Source: Pelomyxa schiedti (lineage: Eukaryota > Protista > Evosea). From it: DNA of 64,000 nt. Location of the stretch: assembly GCA_020536535.1 (NCBI GenBank), contig JAHLWZ010000185.1, forward strand, positions 1-64,000, given 5' to 3'. Below are positions 23,044 to 35,612 of the stretch, one piece after another. Numbering within the stretch: position 1 is the stretch's first letter; each line of letters starts with the position of its first letter. A program made the translations under genes and the position numbers. The notes under the pieces are model-generated. The model was not told the origin of the DNA and ran no database searches. It saw only the letters and a program-made list of their open reading frames with translations.

Positions 23044-23946
23044 ATGGCGGCCAGTGGTGCGTTGAGTGCAACAAGGGCACGTAGTGCTGCGGTACTGCGT
23101 CTGGCGTCGGATTATGCTAGCATTCTGAGGGAACCTCCTGATGTAATTATTGTTGTCGGACTGCGGGCCGCAAGTTAATGAGGAAAAAAAAGGGTGCATC
23201 GGCGAAGCCTCTTTCTGATGACAACATGTTCAATTGGAATGCCACAATATTTGGACCCCCAGACTCTGTGTGGGAAGGCAACGCCCTTTTATTGTGGGCA
23301 CATCTTAATGACTCCTTGTGCACTGCACACCACTTACCGCGGGAGCTTATGTTTTTATAAATGTCGAGGAGCCTGTTCCTAACGCTGGTATAAGGTGGAA
23401 TATTTCAGTTACGAATGGCATTCCCAGAGCAGTATGTTCACCTCATACTGATCAAGTTACTTACAGCAAAAGATACCCAGAAAGACCACCAAAGATCCGA
23501 TTTACGTCAGAAATGTTTCACCCAAATGGTATTGTTCTCTTGAATGCCTTGTAGAATTAAGTCTGTATAGTTTTTCCTGATGGAACTCTATGTCTTGATA
23601 TAATACAGGGTATCCTGGAAATCTTCGTTTGCCGATCCCTAAATCTTTGTTAATTGTTCCCCAGATAAGTGGTCACCTATCTATAGTGTCTCTACTATTT
23701 TAACTTCCATTCAAGTATGTCAGACATCACGTTCTTCTTTGCACTAAACTTCGACCATCTCTTTTGATAGTCTCTTCTGACTGACCCAAACCCCAACTCA
23801 CCAGGTTTGTACCTCAATTTCTTAAACACCCACTTACAATCTTGGCAGCCAACCCTGAAGCAGCACAGCTATTGAACCACGACAAAAAAGCCTACAACAG
23901 AAAAGTCCGCAAATGCGTAGAGAAGTCCACCGAGACTGATTCCTAG
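23044..23946 (+). CDS. Ubiquitin-conjugating enzyme E2, Rad6/UBE2A-like
   Basis: WNATIFGPPDSVWEGGIF, YPERPP, MFHPNVFPDGTLCLDI, WSPIY and DPNPNSPANPEAA; one GC-AG intron. Confidence 0.92.
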
Positions 23947-24065
23947 ACTCCCCCAAATGTCCAGCCGAGGTTGATTGAGAGAACTGTGTTGTCTCAATCG
24001 CATTGATTACACTTTCACCAAAAAAACCTTTTGCATCAAAAGCAATAAACAACCCCTCGTTTTTG

Positions 24066-25743
24066 ATGGACAGTAGTAGCAACGCAGCCATGTCGAAAGG
24101 TACTGCATCGGCTGCAAGAACCAAGTGTAAAAATTGTGTATGCATTTCAGCACTTTTTTTTTGCTTAGTTCCAACAATGTATAATAGAATATTGGGGTAA
24201 TGTGTGAGTCGGGGGCAAGGTGCGATGTGTGCAATATTTCGGAGGAAGAATACGTGGTAATTCCACCTCAGCTTGTCTTAATATATTGGTAATGACTTCT
24301 TTCTCCTTGGAACAGGCAGGACCTCTGAGTGAGTACTGCTATCTGAAACAACATTAACAATAGGGGTTGTGGGGTGAGGAAAACAACAAAACCGTACTGA
24401 CCTGAACTCCAGATGAGGAGGAATTTTCCTTGGAAACTGCAAAGTTGTTTGCTGAGGTCAACATTCCGCTTGCATTTAGGAATTGCCTCAGAATGTTGAC
24501 TGAATGCTCTTCAACCCCACCGCATTTCACTCTCTGTGGTGCATTTGCCAACTTTCTTCTGAGATGCATTTACACTCTACAGCCTAAGGCATATGCAATC
24601 CCGAAACCTTGGGACACCAACCCAATGAACGACCTTTTGGATCGTGCCCGGAAGTATCCTGGTGCTGCTCACAACTTCATGAAGCGGATAATACAGAAAA
24701 CAATTGAATCTCCTATTCCAAAAGTGTCTGCTGGAGGGCACTTCCTAGCTGGATTCATGTACTACAATGCCGTTGGCCAGGAAAAAGATGCTACTCAATG
24801 TGTACAGCACTATCTTGAGGCAATAAAAGAAAATGTCCCAATGGCTCAGAACAATCTTGCACTATGTTACTCGAAAGGTGAGGGAATTGACAAAAATATA
24901 AAAGAAGCCGTACATTTATACAAGCTGGCAGCAGAACAAGGGTGTTCCCTAGCACAGAGAAATCTAGGCCTACATTATCAATTCGCTGATGGGATCAATA
25001 AAAATATTGAGGAAGCACTTCGCTTATACCACTTGGCTTCAGAGCAGGGGTGTGCTCTAGCCCAGTTTGACTTGGCTTGGTGCTATGTTGTTGGGGAAGG
25101 TGTTCCTGCCAACCAAGAAGAAGCTGTTAGACTCTACCGTCTTGCAGCCGAACAAGGAAATGCTCTTGCACAACGAAACTTGGGTCTATGCTATCTAAAT
25201 GGGGAAGGTGTTGAGAAGAACCCCACAGAAGCAGTGAGACTATACCGGTTAGCTGTGGCCCAAAACGACGCAGTTGCGCAACGGAATTTGGGAATGTGCT
25301 ATCAGTATGGAGATGGAGTGGAAAAAGATATGTCCGAGGCCATCCGGCTCTTCCGGCTTTCAGCAGCACAAGGCTACACTCTGGCTCAAAACAGCCTTGG
25401 GTTGTGCTATCAAAATGGAGAAGGAGTTGAGAGGAATCCCCACGAAGCGGTGAGACTCTACCGGCTTTCTGTTGCACAAGGCGATGACTGGGCACAAAAT
25501 AACCTCGGGCTCTGCTACCAAAATGGAGATGGAGTGGAGAAAAACATTCATGAAGCAATAAGGCTCTACTCCCTTGCTGTATTGAAGGATAATGCCTGGT
25601 CAGAGTGCAACCTGGCATTGTGCTATGAGACTGGACAAGGAGTAACAAAAGACATAAGGGAAGCTGTTCGTCTCTATAGGCTCTCTGCATCCCACCACAG
25701 TGTGTCCTTTTCGCAGCAAAAATTAAAGACCTACACTCACTAA
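24066..25743 (+). CDS. SEL1-like repeat protein
   Basis: About 9 36-aa repeats (AQxNLGxCYxxGxGVxKxxxEAVRLYRLAAxQG). Small Cys-rich N-terminal exons inferred; start less certain. Confidence 0.85.
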
Positions 25744-25876
25744 TCAGTCTAAACGGCCGAATAGAACATCTCCTACCGCGTCTTGTTTCTAATAACTTTT
25801 TGGCATATTAACCCGGCAACTGCGTTCGTACAGATTTTTAAGTAAAAAATAAAAAAAGTGGTAGATCGCTGGAGAC

Positions 25877-28800
25877 ATGAGGCCTGTGTTGTCGCCTGCC
25901 GGGTTTAAGTACTATGCTTTGTCGACACCAACTGTCGCACCTCGTGCTGTGCGAAAGAGTGACGTGGATCTCAAGAAATTCTATAAATCCGAAGGTACGA
26001 CAGTTTGTTTGGTTTCAAAGTCGTGGCGGGGAATCCTGTCGTGTCGCTTATAGTGAGCTTTCAGCACAACGGAAGCAGATTTTGTTGTTGCAGGACTTTG
26101 GCTTCCCAACGACAACAACGAAACTACGTTTTTCGCCTGATGGCAATTTCATTTGTGGGACTGGTGCTTATCCACCTCAGCTGAGGATGTGGGAAACCTC
26201 CCAAATGACTCTAAAATTTCAAAGAAACATTATAGAGCTTGCAAAACAATTTCTGGTGATATAGCTTCCCCTTTCTGAGTTGCTCATTCGTTATGTTTTC
26301 AGATGCTCTCAGATGATTTCAGTAAGCTTGCATTACTGCACGGTGCAAAAAGATTGGAGCTGCACAGTCAGAGAGGTTCCTACCATCAAATAGAATTCCC
26401 ACAGGTATTAAATAAGAGATTACAGACGGTGCACTAAAATACTGATCTAGCTCACGCGAGACATGATGTATCATCCAGTATCATGTGAAATTTATGGGTG
26501 TGGAAGAGGAAATATAAATAGGTTAAATTTATCAAGAGGCTCATTTATGCGGCCAATACAAACTGCCAGCTCATCTTTTGGTGTACGACATTCAATCCAT
26601 ACCTTCGCGCAGTAATAAAACCTTCCCAGTGTTGTGCAATTAATCCTTCGTCATTACTTCTCGGATTTGGTTCTGATGATGGTACTGTTGAATTCTATGA
26701 TCCGCGGTCCCCAAACTATCTTGGAGAGATCAATGTGCGAGATGTAGTGGATTCATCTGACCTGTAATTTAAACTTCCCTCCCTTTTTCATGCCAACGAT
26801 CACTAGGTTGGATGATGACCTGAGAGTAACAAGCCTTGCCTTCTCAAACGACACCCTCACTTTTGCTGTTGGCACATCCGGTGGACATTGCTTATTATAT
26901 GACGTTCGGTCTCCAAAGCCATATCTGACCAAAGTCCATGACAACCTTGATCCAATAACGAAAATTCAGGTACCATTCTTTCCGGCTTTTTAAATAGGTT
27001 ATACCATACAGTTCCACAACGGAGAAGATAGACAGCACGTTATATCAGCTGATCAACATGTGATTCGTGTTTGGAACAAGCAAGATGTCAGTCTCTGATT
27101 CCTCTCCCTTTCTCTTGATGTTAATGCCTTTCTTGAAGGGAGAAACACTTCTCTCTTTGGACGTGCGAAAAACAGTCACTGACTTTGCCATACAAGACGG
27201 CACAGGATTACTATTTGCTGCAGTGGACACTCCGTCAATATTAACATGGTATATACCTGAAATAGGACATGCACCTCGGTGGTGCTCCTTTCTTGATACT
27301 TTGACCGTATTTACTCTTTACCCTTTTCGTTAAAGTTAAATTTCCTGAGGGCGAACTTGAAGAAAGTTCTTCGACATCATATGTTTCCCTCAAATTCCTT
27401 TCCCGTGACGAAGTGGAAAGGTATAAAAATTAGTCTCTTTCCATCTGGCGCCCACCTAATCTTCTTTGTTTAGCCTTGGAATAGTTCAGTTGGTTGGTAC
27501 GAAGTTTATGCAACCTTACATGCATGGCTATTATGTCGACAGAAGATTGTATGAAAGGGTAATCAGAAACACTTTACTTTTCTTTGTTATTAAAACCGCA
27601 CATCCCAAATGAAAAGGTGTCTGATTTTCTTAAAGACCCCTTCGATGAAAAGTATGGAATACCCTCACACCGTTTTATTAATGCTCTCTCAGGAGAAAAG
27701 TAGTGGAGGAAGAGATGCAACAAACAGTCTTGCAAACGTTACTGGCTGCTCCAGGTAATAAAATGTAATATTCTACTCCGAACTAATGACTAAAAGTTAT
27801 TCAAAACAGCCACACAAACAGACGAAATTCGAGTCAATGCGCAGATGGCAGAAGAGCTTCAGTACAAGGCCAAGCTACTTGTACCTGGAAGTGAAGCTGA
27901 AGCTGATAATAACAATGATACGCCGGAAGTCGCGAAATCAGTACTTACGGACCCCCGATGGGCTAAGCTATTCCTCAACCCTCTCTTTTCAGTGGTATAC
28001 GATTGTTTCTATGGTGTTCGAGTCATAAACTACTAGAGAGAGGAAGATAAAAAACAAAAGGAGCTGGAAAGTAAATGGGAAGAAACACGGGGCATGACAG
28101 AAGCTGAGAAGTTCACAGAACAGCTCGAGACTGAGGAATCAATACCCCCCAATTCTAATAGGTACAACTCCATATGTCGTAAAAGTTACTCTAATGATGT
28201 AGTTCGGAAGTACCTCCCGTTGAACCAGGACCAGCGGCGCCAAAAAAAAAGGCCCCTAAACCGGCAGACAAAAAGGCTCCCAAAGAAGCGTCAGCAAAAA
28301 AAGCAGATAAATCCAAACCGGAAACTACACAAGCAGGGAAAAAGAGAAATCCTACACCCTTCCTTGCAACCACCCACTTCGAGAAAGTAGATGACGGAGG
28401 GGCAGGCTCCAAAGCAATGTATGAGCTGAAGGTCAGTAGCCATCAAACAATCCAGTGACTAAACTACCACAAAATTAAAAAATCCAAGACAGGACATCTT
28501 CTACCTGTCGAGGAATCCCTACGAGAACCAAGCACAAAAAAGATAAGATCTGCTTCCAGCAAAGCCGGAATGCCCTTGGGCGCACTTGTGTCTCATATGC
28601 CTGCAGCAAAACCACAAGGAGAAGTATATGGAAATCTGGAAATGTCTTGGGTTCCCGGAAAAGATACCGCAGCAAAGTCCAAGCCTAGACCAAAAGCGGC
28701 ATCAAATAGAGCTGAAAAACCCAAAGAGACTGAGGAGGGATTCTCTGCACTGGAATTCCAAACCGCTCCGGTATGAGCTCTTTTCTGGGGTAATACCATT

Positions 28801-29014
28801 CATTGCTGTTTAGGGAAAGAGAAACAAGTCTAAAAAAGTTACACTGCATAAATACAAGGCAGAAAGGAAAGGAAGACGAGGCGTTGCCGATTTGCATTTG
28901 GCTACACCATATTCCGACATCCTCCAGAAGGTAGAAGCAGAGAAAAAGAAATCCGACAAGGAAAAGCAAGACAAACGAAACCAAAAAAGATCCAAAACCA
29001 CAAAGAAACCTTGA
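25877..29014 (+). CDS. NOL10: Nucleolar protein 10 / Enp2 (WD40 + NUC153), multi-exon
   Basis: LLQDFGFP..SPDGNFI..TGAYPPQ, YIPEIGHAPRWCSFLD, PYMHGY and NUC153-like DPRWAKLF; Lys-rich tail. Confidence 0.88.
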
Positions 29015-29133
29015 AACGCCCTCTGGAACATGACACACGACTCCCTCGGATTCCTACAACAGAATCAACCAATCACCCCAATTTCTGTTTCCCAAACATT
29101 ACATAAACCACGAAATAACAATAAACATAATTC

Positions 29134-29629
29134 ATGGCCAAAGACCCGCTGAGGGACGCGTTCAGGGAGGGAGTTTACGCGAGGGACAATCACCGCTGCA
29201 AAATATGCAATGTACCAGAGTCGCCCAGCTGCCACTTGGATGCTCACCACATCACGGACAGGCACCAAATGTAAACATCATCAACCCATGATTGTGCATT
29301 GCCGTTTGTTTTCTCGAGTAAATGCACGACCTCACCAGTCTCACTACAAAAACAGGCCAAATAACGGATATGCACTCAGCAACGGTTCCTTTTCCTCCCT
29401 CCCTCAACCTTAGCTGTTTGGCACTCACTCTTTGGTAGGGATAACTCTGTGCCCTGACCACCACAAGAAAGCCGAAGTCTACCACCAAACAAAGCACGCC
29501 ACCTGGGTGCCAGGATTCCATCCGGACGAACTCTATGAACGCATTGGTTCTTCATTCGAAAAAGCCCAGGCTGATTCCGCGGCACTGTGTCCCCACGCTA
29601 CATCAAAAGCAACAAAAAGAAGAAGTTGA
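29134..29629 (+). CDS. Small HNH endonuclease (prokaryote/phage type), 3 exons
   Basis: Spliced product ...FREGVYARDNHRCKICN...LDAHHITDRHQMPNNGYALSNGITLCPDHHKKAE...; two GT-AG introns restore the HNH motif. Not present as one ORF in the track. Confidence 0.82.
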
Positions 29630-29755
29630 TTCGAATTTGAGCTTGTTGTTTTATTACTTTTTTCTTTGCTATTTTGTACCTTATTTTAAAAAAAAGTACA
29701 GTTGTCACAAAATTTCTGTGTCTGCTGTGAAGCCTTGGTGTTGTGGGTGTGTTGT

Positions 29756-31315
29756 TTATTGTTGCTGGCATTGAACTCCGCCACCTCTGTGGTGCGCAGT
29801 CTCGTCGTCGTCATCGTCTGTTGCGCTTGTGGATGTGGATGCCACTGGGGCTCTCAGCACAACCTCGTCCACCTCCATCCCTGTTGGAGTGGGGAGTGGG
29901 TCGCGTGGTGGGAGGTGGGCCTCGATAGCAGCAAGTTTGGGTGGAGTCAGCTCCGATGGTAGAGGGAAGACGACGGTGAACTTGATGTACAGGTTGCCCT
30001 TGTCAAAAGGTCTCTTGTGCTGCGGCATTCCCTCCTCGGCAATCATGAGTGTGTCGCCGGGCTTGATGATTTCACCTGGGGCTGATCGAACAACCAGGGT
30101 TCTAGAAAGGTGGTTGGGTCGGAAGTAAAGGTTGATGGAATAGTTACCTCCCGTCGAGATGTGTCACATGGAAAGTCACACCACCGAGTGCTTCGATGAG
30201 TTTTATGCTCTTTTCCATAAGGAGATCGTTCCCATTCCGCTTGAAAAGTGCATGTTCCTTCTGCTTGATAACAAAAATGATATCTCCCGGATCGATATTG
30301 GGCTGAAAAGAACATTAACAAAGCAGGAAGACTGCAGAACTACTCACTGCTTGGTCCGATTCACCAGAAAATACAATAGTTTGATCGTGCTTCATTCCTT
30401 TGGCAATTTCAATTTGCAAAATTTTTCTATCCTTTGAAAGGATTATTAAGGCAAAACAAGAAACTGAAGGGAACATACAGGAACAACTTGCTTTCCCAGA
30501 CAGGCCAAACACTTATCTTTTTCTTTAACAATTTCACCTAAAACAATGAGCGATGTTGTGAAATAGGGTAATAAGCCAACCTTTTCCTTGGCACTCATTG
30601 CAAACTGATTGTGTTTGCTGTATCATCATGCCCATTTGTCTAACAAATATTTTCATGCCTCTGCCATCACAGCCAGTGCACTTGATGGATCCTTTTCCGG
30701 TCTTTGTTCCAGTTCTGCAAGCAGTCAGTTAACCCCACAACTTCAGTTCATAAGCAACTAACCCATGGCAGGTTGAACAAAGGACATTTCTGGTTACTGC
30801 CATCTTCGAGGTCTTGCCACAATACAGCTCTTCCAGAGTGACATTAAGAGCAGTAACAATGTTTTCGCCCTTGTGCCGTCTATCATTTATCAGAACTGTT
30901 ATCCATTTCCGTTCTCCAAAGTTACCTTCCAGGTCCGCCACCTCTAGAACTCCCAAACAAATCGCCAAATGGTGAACTACCAAAGAATTGCTCAAAGATA
31001 TCGGCTGCGTTTCGTGATGTAAAACCACCATCCTGAAGTCCAGCTTTCCCATGCTTATCGTAAACTCTGCGTTTGTCTGCGTCGGAAAGTACATCGTACG
31101 CTTCTCCAAGATCTTTGAACTGCGGAGTGTTCAGCCCAAAAAAAAAAAAACCAAAAAATAAATACCGCATCGGCTGCTTTGGGGTTGTCGGGGTTCTTAT
31201 CTGGGTGTAGTTGGACGGCCTTTTTCCTGTAGGCTCTCTTGATATCCTCGGGGGCCGCATCGGGGGCAACTCCTAGTCGTTCGTAAAACTCAGTCTCTTT
31301 TACTTTGGCAGCCAT
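29756..31315 (-). CDS. Type I DnaJ/Hsp40 (DNAJA/Ydj1-like)
   Basis: J domain with HPDKN, G/F region, CxxCxGxG zinc fingers and C-terminal CAAX-like CQQQ; 7 GT-AG introns. Confidence 0.95.
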
Positions 31316-31488
31316 TTGTGCTTTGGTTTTTTTTTTTTTATTTGTTTGTTGCGCTACTGGGTCGGTGTCGCTGTCTAGATCGTTGACTTTTTGTGTTTTG
31401 TTATGTGGAGATTGTGCAATTTCTCAAGTGTACGTTTTGTGATATGAGCACCAACTTAGCAGGCGAATTTTGACAGATTGCGGGGGTG

Positions 31489-31527
31489 AAGTTGCCGGGC
31501 AGGTGCCGGGCAACTGCCCGGCAACTT
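31489..31527. repeat. Perfect 14-bp inverted repeat with 11-nt spacer
   Basis: AAGTTGCCGGGCAG (31489-31502) and CTGCCCGGCAACTT (31514-31527); the spacer holds another TGCCGGGCA copy. Confidence 0.9.
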
Positions 31528-33194
31528 GCCGGAAGTTTTCTCTGACATCTCCACGAAAAAGTGACCCGATATGGACCCTGGGAGCCTGAGATTCATCTCT
31601 TCCGGTGCTGAATTTCCTTCCAAGAACCCTCATATGGTTGAATAAAATAATCAACAGGATCCCTGGGTTGGGTGGTGCTTTTCTCTACTAGGCTTCCCTT
31701 GTTTCAGGGAAACAAACATGTTTCCAGAAGAAGCTGGTGTATGACAGCCAACACAACCCTACACATCACCCCTGTTTTTTGAAGTGAGTAACCAGGACTG
31801 AATGGTTTTTCATTTTGACAGTACAAACTGTGCCAACAATATTGGCCTGACGATTCAAGTTCAGCAGAGCGTGTTGGGTTTGAAAGCCAGTTTCTCTGAA
31901 ATCTGTCCGTTTTTGGTTGTTGGAACCTTTTTGGGGTTCTCTCTTAGAAAAGAACAGAAGAAAATAAATAGAACTTGATCTATTACTGTAACCACGGACC
32001 CCAGGGTGCCATGCACCTCGCAGCTTCACGCACTCCCTGTGGGTTGACAACTGTGCCCCAGGCGTGCAGCGGGTTCTGTGGCAGTGTGGATGTGAGGTGA
32101 AAAGTCCGCCACCTAAAAAAATTGTATGTGAGACGCGGAAAAAGAGAAAAGAGGCCATCCTACCAGTATCACAAGGTGCCAGAAATACAGAAATGCGCGG
32201 TGGTGTGCAATGCTGGGAGCCTTGGGTACCAACGCAACCTATCATGGTTGAGTGGGGTTATGATACAAAGGAAGGGGGATTTACCTTGGTGACCGGCTGT
32301 CATCTCATCAGTGGCAGGCTCTCCATACTTGCCACCTCATCCACTGGAGGTGATCTAATGGTAGATGAGATGAAAGGAGAACCGTGGGTTAAAGGACAAC
32401 TTGCCTATATCAGAGTGGGCAACAGCCGACTACAATGGGTAACATCTATTGGCTTCATCGCTGTTCCAAGCTTGGTCATTCCAGGTGCCTGCCAGCATGT
32501 TAGTGGGACCAGGGAAGGCTACGGTGGGTACAAACTGAATTCCAAGTCAGTGAGGAACAGTTTCCAAAGGTGTCCGCTTTAGTCTGTGGAAAACGTGAGA
32601 GGGAGAAAGAGGAAAGACAAGGGTACCTACCCAACTTCCCAGGCACCAGCTGGGTGGAGTGAGTGTAAGTTGGGAACACGGCAGAGTGGAGTGTAGGAGC
32701 CCAGTGAGCGGGAGTGTTGGTGTGCAAGAGCAAGGGGTGTTAGTGCCGAGGTGCAACAGGTAAAGGCGGGTACAGCCTGGCATGCACTATGTTTGTCAGT
32801 GGCGTCCATTGTCCTGTTGTTGTTGAGTGGTGATAAGATAAGGGAGAGGGAATGCACCTTGGTGATAGATTGTTGGCAGGTCCGCCACCTGAATAATATG
32901 TGGGCTGCCTGGGAAAGAAAAAAAAGAAGCCACCTACCAGCATCACTGTTCAATGTGTCGGGATAATACAAAGGGAGGGGGGGAGGTGGATTTACCGTGG
33001 CGATGACAAGTTGCAACTCGACCTGGTTATAAAGTGTGAGAACTCGAAAAAGAAAAACAGAGAAGATACCTGCAGCTCTGGCTTGGTTCGGAAGACTGAC
33101 TGAGTGCCGCAGGGAATCAGCCCTATGTTGCTGTGAGGAAATGGAACACAACAGTAAGTTTAACACAAGACTAAGGAAGAACGAGACAAGGCAA

Positions 33195-33247
33195 ACAAAA
33201 CGAAACAACACGAAACGGAGCGAAACGAAACGAAACGAAACGAAACG
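33195..33247. repeat. (CGAAA)n short tandem repeat
   Basis: Five perfect CGAAA units at 33221-33245, preceded by degenerate copies. Confidence 0.9.
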
Positions 33248-33298
33248 CGAATAATATAGAGTTTTTTTATAAAAAGCAGACCACAACCTGCTGTATAT

Positions 33299-34081
33299 GT
33301 GAGTTTGCTCTGTGCGTCTTTATATGTATGCTTTCCGCCACCGGCCCCCGTCTTTATGATCCAAGCACCTGGAAATACTCCAAGTCCCTCAACCTCTCTA
33401 ACAATAAACTCAGTTCCCCCAACACCCAATATATATCCTTTGTCTCCTTCCACACCATCTGGCAGTCCTCTGCACCCCAGCTTCAATGTATCAACACCAA
33501 GTGATACTGCTTCATCCCTTTTAACCATACCTCTTCCTTGTTCCGATTCCCAGGCCATGTCCCCTTCCCCTTCCCATTCCCAAGACAGTGTCACAGCACC
33601 TTATTTCCAGGGAATTCCTCCTCCCCTTTCCCCAAAGAATCAACAAATTACACTTTTGCCTCCTCTTCCACCTGATCTTTCCCAAGCTACACCGGCTCCC
33701 TCTGACAACATGCCGCTTTCACCCGCTCTGATTCCGTTTTCCTGGCAGCTGCTGGCTCTTCCCAAAAACGGGACTTTGGGAAACAGCCTATCTGATCAAT
33801 CGCTTTCACCCACTCTTATTCCTTTTTCCCAGCAGCAGGGGAAGAGCCTACCTAATCTACTCCAAGACAGGCAATCAGTTCCAGGTTTGCTTACTTCCCC
33901 TCTTCCATTTTCTCAACTTCTGTCAGACCCAACCCCTCTGAACCTGAATCTCTACTCCGTCGGTCCACCAAATCAGCATTTGATTTTGCTGGACTATTGT
34001 GAAAATGCTTCAGTTACCTCCCCAACTAACATCAATCTTGCCTCTAGTACTGTGACACAAACTGGCCAAATGCGATACTAA
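33299..34081 (+). CDS. Pro/Ser/Leu-rich ORF in the transposon-associated island, function unknown
   Basis: 260-codon open frame with a short internal duplication (LSP.LIPFS.Q twice); no domain recognised. Confidence 0.3.
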   Translation: MSLLCASLYVCFPPPAPVFMIQAPGNTPSPSTSLTINSVPPTPNIYPLSPSTPSGSPLHPSFNVSTPSDTASSLLTIPLPCSDSQAMSPSPSHSQDSVTAPYFQGIPPPLSPKNQQITLLPPLPPDLSQATPAPSDNMPLSPALIPFSWQLLALPKNGTLGNSLSDQSLSPTLIPFSQQQGKSLPNLLQDRQSVPGLLTSPLPFSQLLSDPTPLNLNLYSVGPPNQHLILLDYCENASVTSPTNINLASSTVTQTGQMRY

Positions 34082-34140
34082 AAAAGAACTTTTTTTTTTG
34101 TCAAGTGAGTTTGTTCTACAGGGGTAACAAGGAAGCCAAG

Positions 34141-35578
34141 TCACAACCAGGTTAGTCCAACACCCTGTAAAGAGTGGCGGGATAATCTAGTCTTTTGCAG
34201 GCAGTATACAAGGTCTTCAAGCATGGCACTCCATGGTGTGCCATGCATTCCTGGACAGACTATTACTGGCAACATTAAGACAAAGGGAATACCTGAAACA
34301 AGCTCTAAATGGTGCTGAGTCACCTGGTGCAAAACCACATCCCAGAACTTCTCAATTAGATTTAGGTCTGGTGACTGTGGTGGATTCCAAGCAATAAATG
34401 CACCAGCCGCATTTATTGCTGAGGTAATTTCAACCTCCTGCTGCCTGTGTTGTGGCATATTGTCAAGTACAACAACGCTATGAGGTCCTTTTGGAATAAT
34501 AATTATTAGCGCATTTAAAAAAAGAGTTGTGGCATACCCGGGTGGGTAGAAAGACAAGGCGGCAGTGCTTTAGTATAAAATGCAATTTTCTCTTCTTTTT
34601 CTAACCTTCCTTCCCTCAGAGAAAACGAAATAGTTCCAATATCCCCCAAGCTTCCATTTCCCATCAAGTCCGGAGCCACTACTCCAATTGCTGCAATTAC
34701 CTCAACCTAAGTAGAATTATCAGTTCACAAGTCTCAGCTTGTACTACATACTTCACCAAACATGGGAGCAGGGAAGCTGATCATTCTGGCCGTGGTTGGT
34801 AACCTCACACCCACAGGTGCATAGCCACGCTCCCCAATTCTGTGTAATGCTGTGGGTAGTGTAGGTAGGTTGTTATTTGTTTAGAAAAACCTCTTTGTGA
34901 TCTCACGTGGCTTAAATGCCTTCTCATCAGTGAAAACAATCTGTGCTGCATCCCATACAAGATACTGCAGCTGTACATGGAATCGATGGCGTTCTTCAGC
35001 CACAGAAAATCCAGGAGTTGGGCTTTTCACCTTTGAAGACAGGTGGAGTACTGAAATCCCCTATTTCTTGGTACTTAGTATTGTTGGTGTTGGTTGTGTG
35101 AGGATTACTTTTGAGATATCTTTAGAAGTTATTGGTTGGTGAAGACAAGCGGTAGCAACATAGGAGAGTGATTTAGGACCTCCCAGGAGTTTCCCACAAC
35201 AGTTCTCCTGTAAAAACTGACACACTTTCGAGTTCTTGGAGCTGAGCAGAATAAGGAAACAGTTTCAATAGCTACTACCCTTCACCCCTGGATTACATAC
35301 TTGGGTTTAAAGCTGTGAGAGAAAGATTTGTGAAGCTTCTCTGCAGCAGCATCTCTGCCTTCAGTATGGTATGCTTTCCACAGAGACCACACATAACCAT
35401 GTGACAATTCACACAGCCTCACAATTGTGTTTACATCAGCACCATCGTCCAACAACTCCAAAGGGTTCCTCTGAAAAACACACTCCACACGTCGGCGTTT
35501 TTCTCTTTGTAAAGTAAATGAAAATGCCTGGAACACAGAGATACCATAGTTTTCTAGTCGCCGCGATACCTTCCACAC
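34141..35578 (-). mobile_element. Intron-containing IS630/Tc1-mariner (DDE_3) transposase, possibly degenerate
   Basis: N-terminal HTH-like segment, IVFTDEK (first D), RGYAPVG, then VVVLDN..PPQSPDLNLIE (second D and E, 36 residues apart). Segments are separated by GT..AG introns. No TIRs found. Confidence 0.8.
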
Positions 35579-35612
35579 TCTACTGCTGTTGTTTCCCTAA
35601 CTTCGACAAAAA

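Noticed and set aside
23610-23664. U12-type intron in the E2 gene (GTATCCTG donor)
   Set aside because: The donor deviates at +8 and the branch match is poor; GTAT donors are common here.
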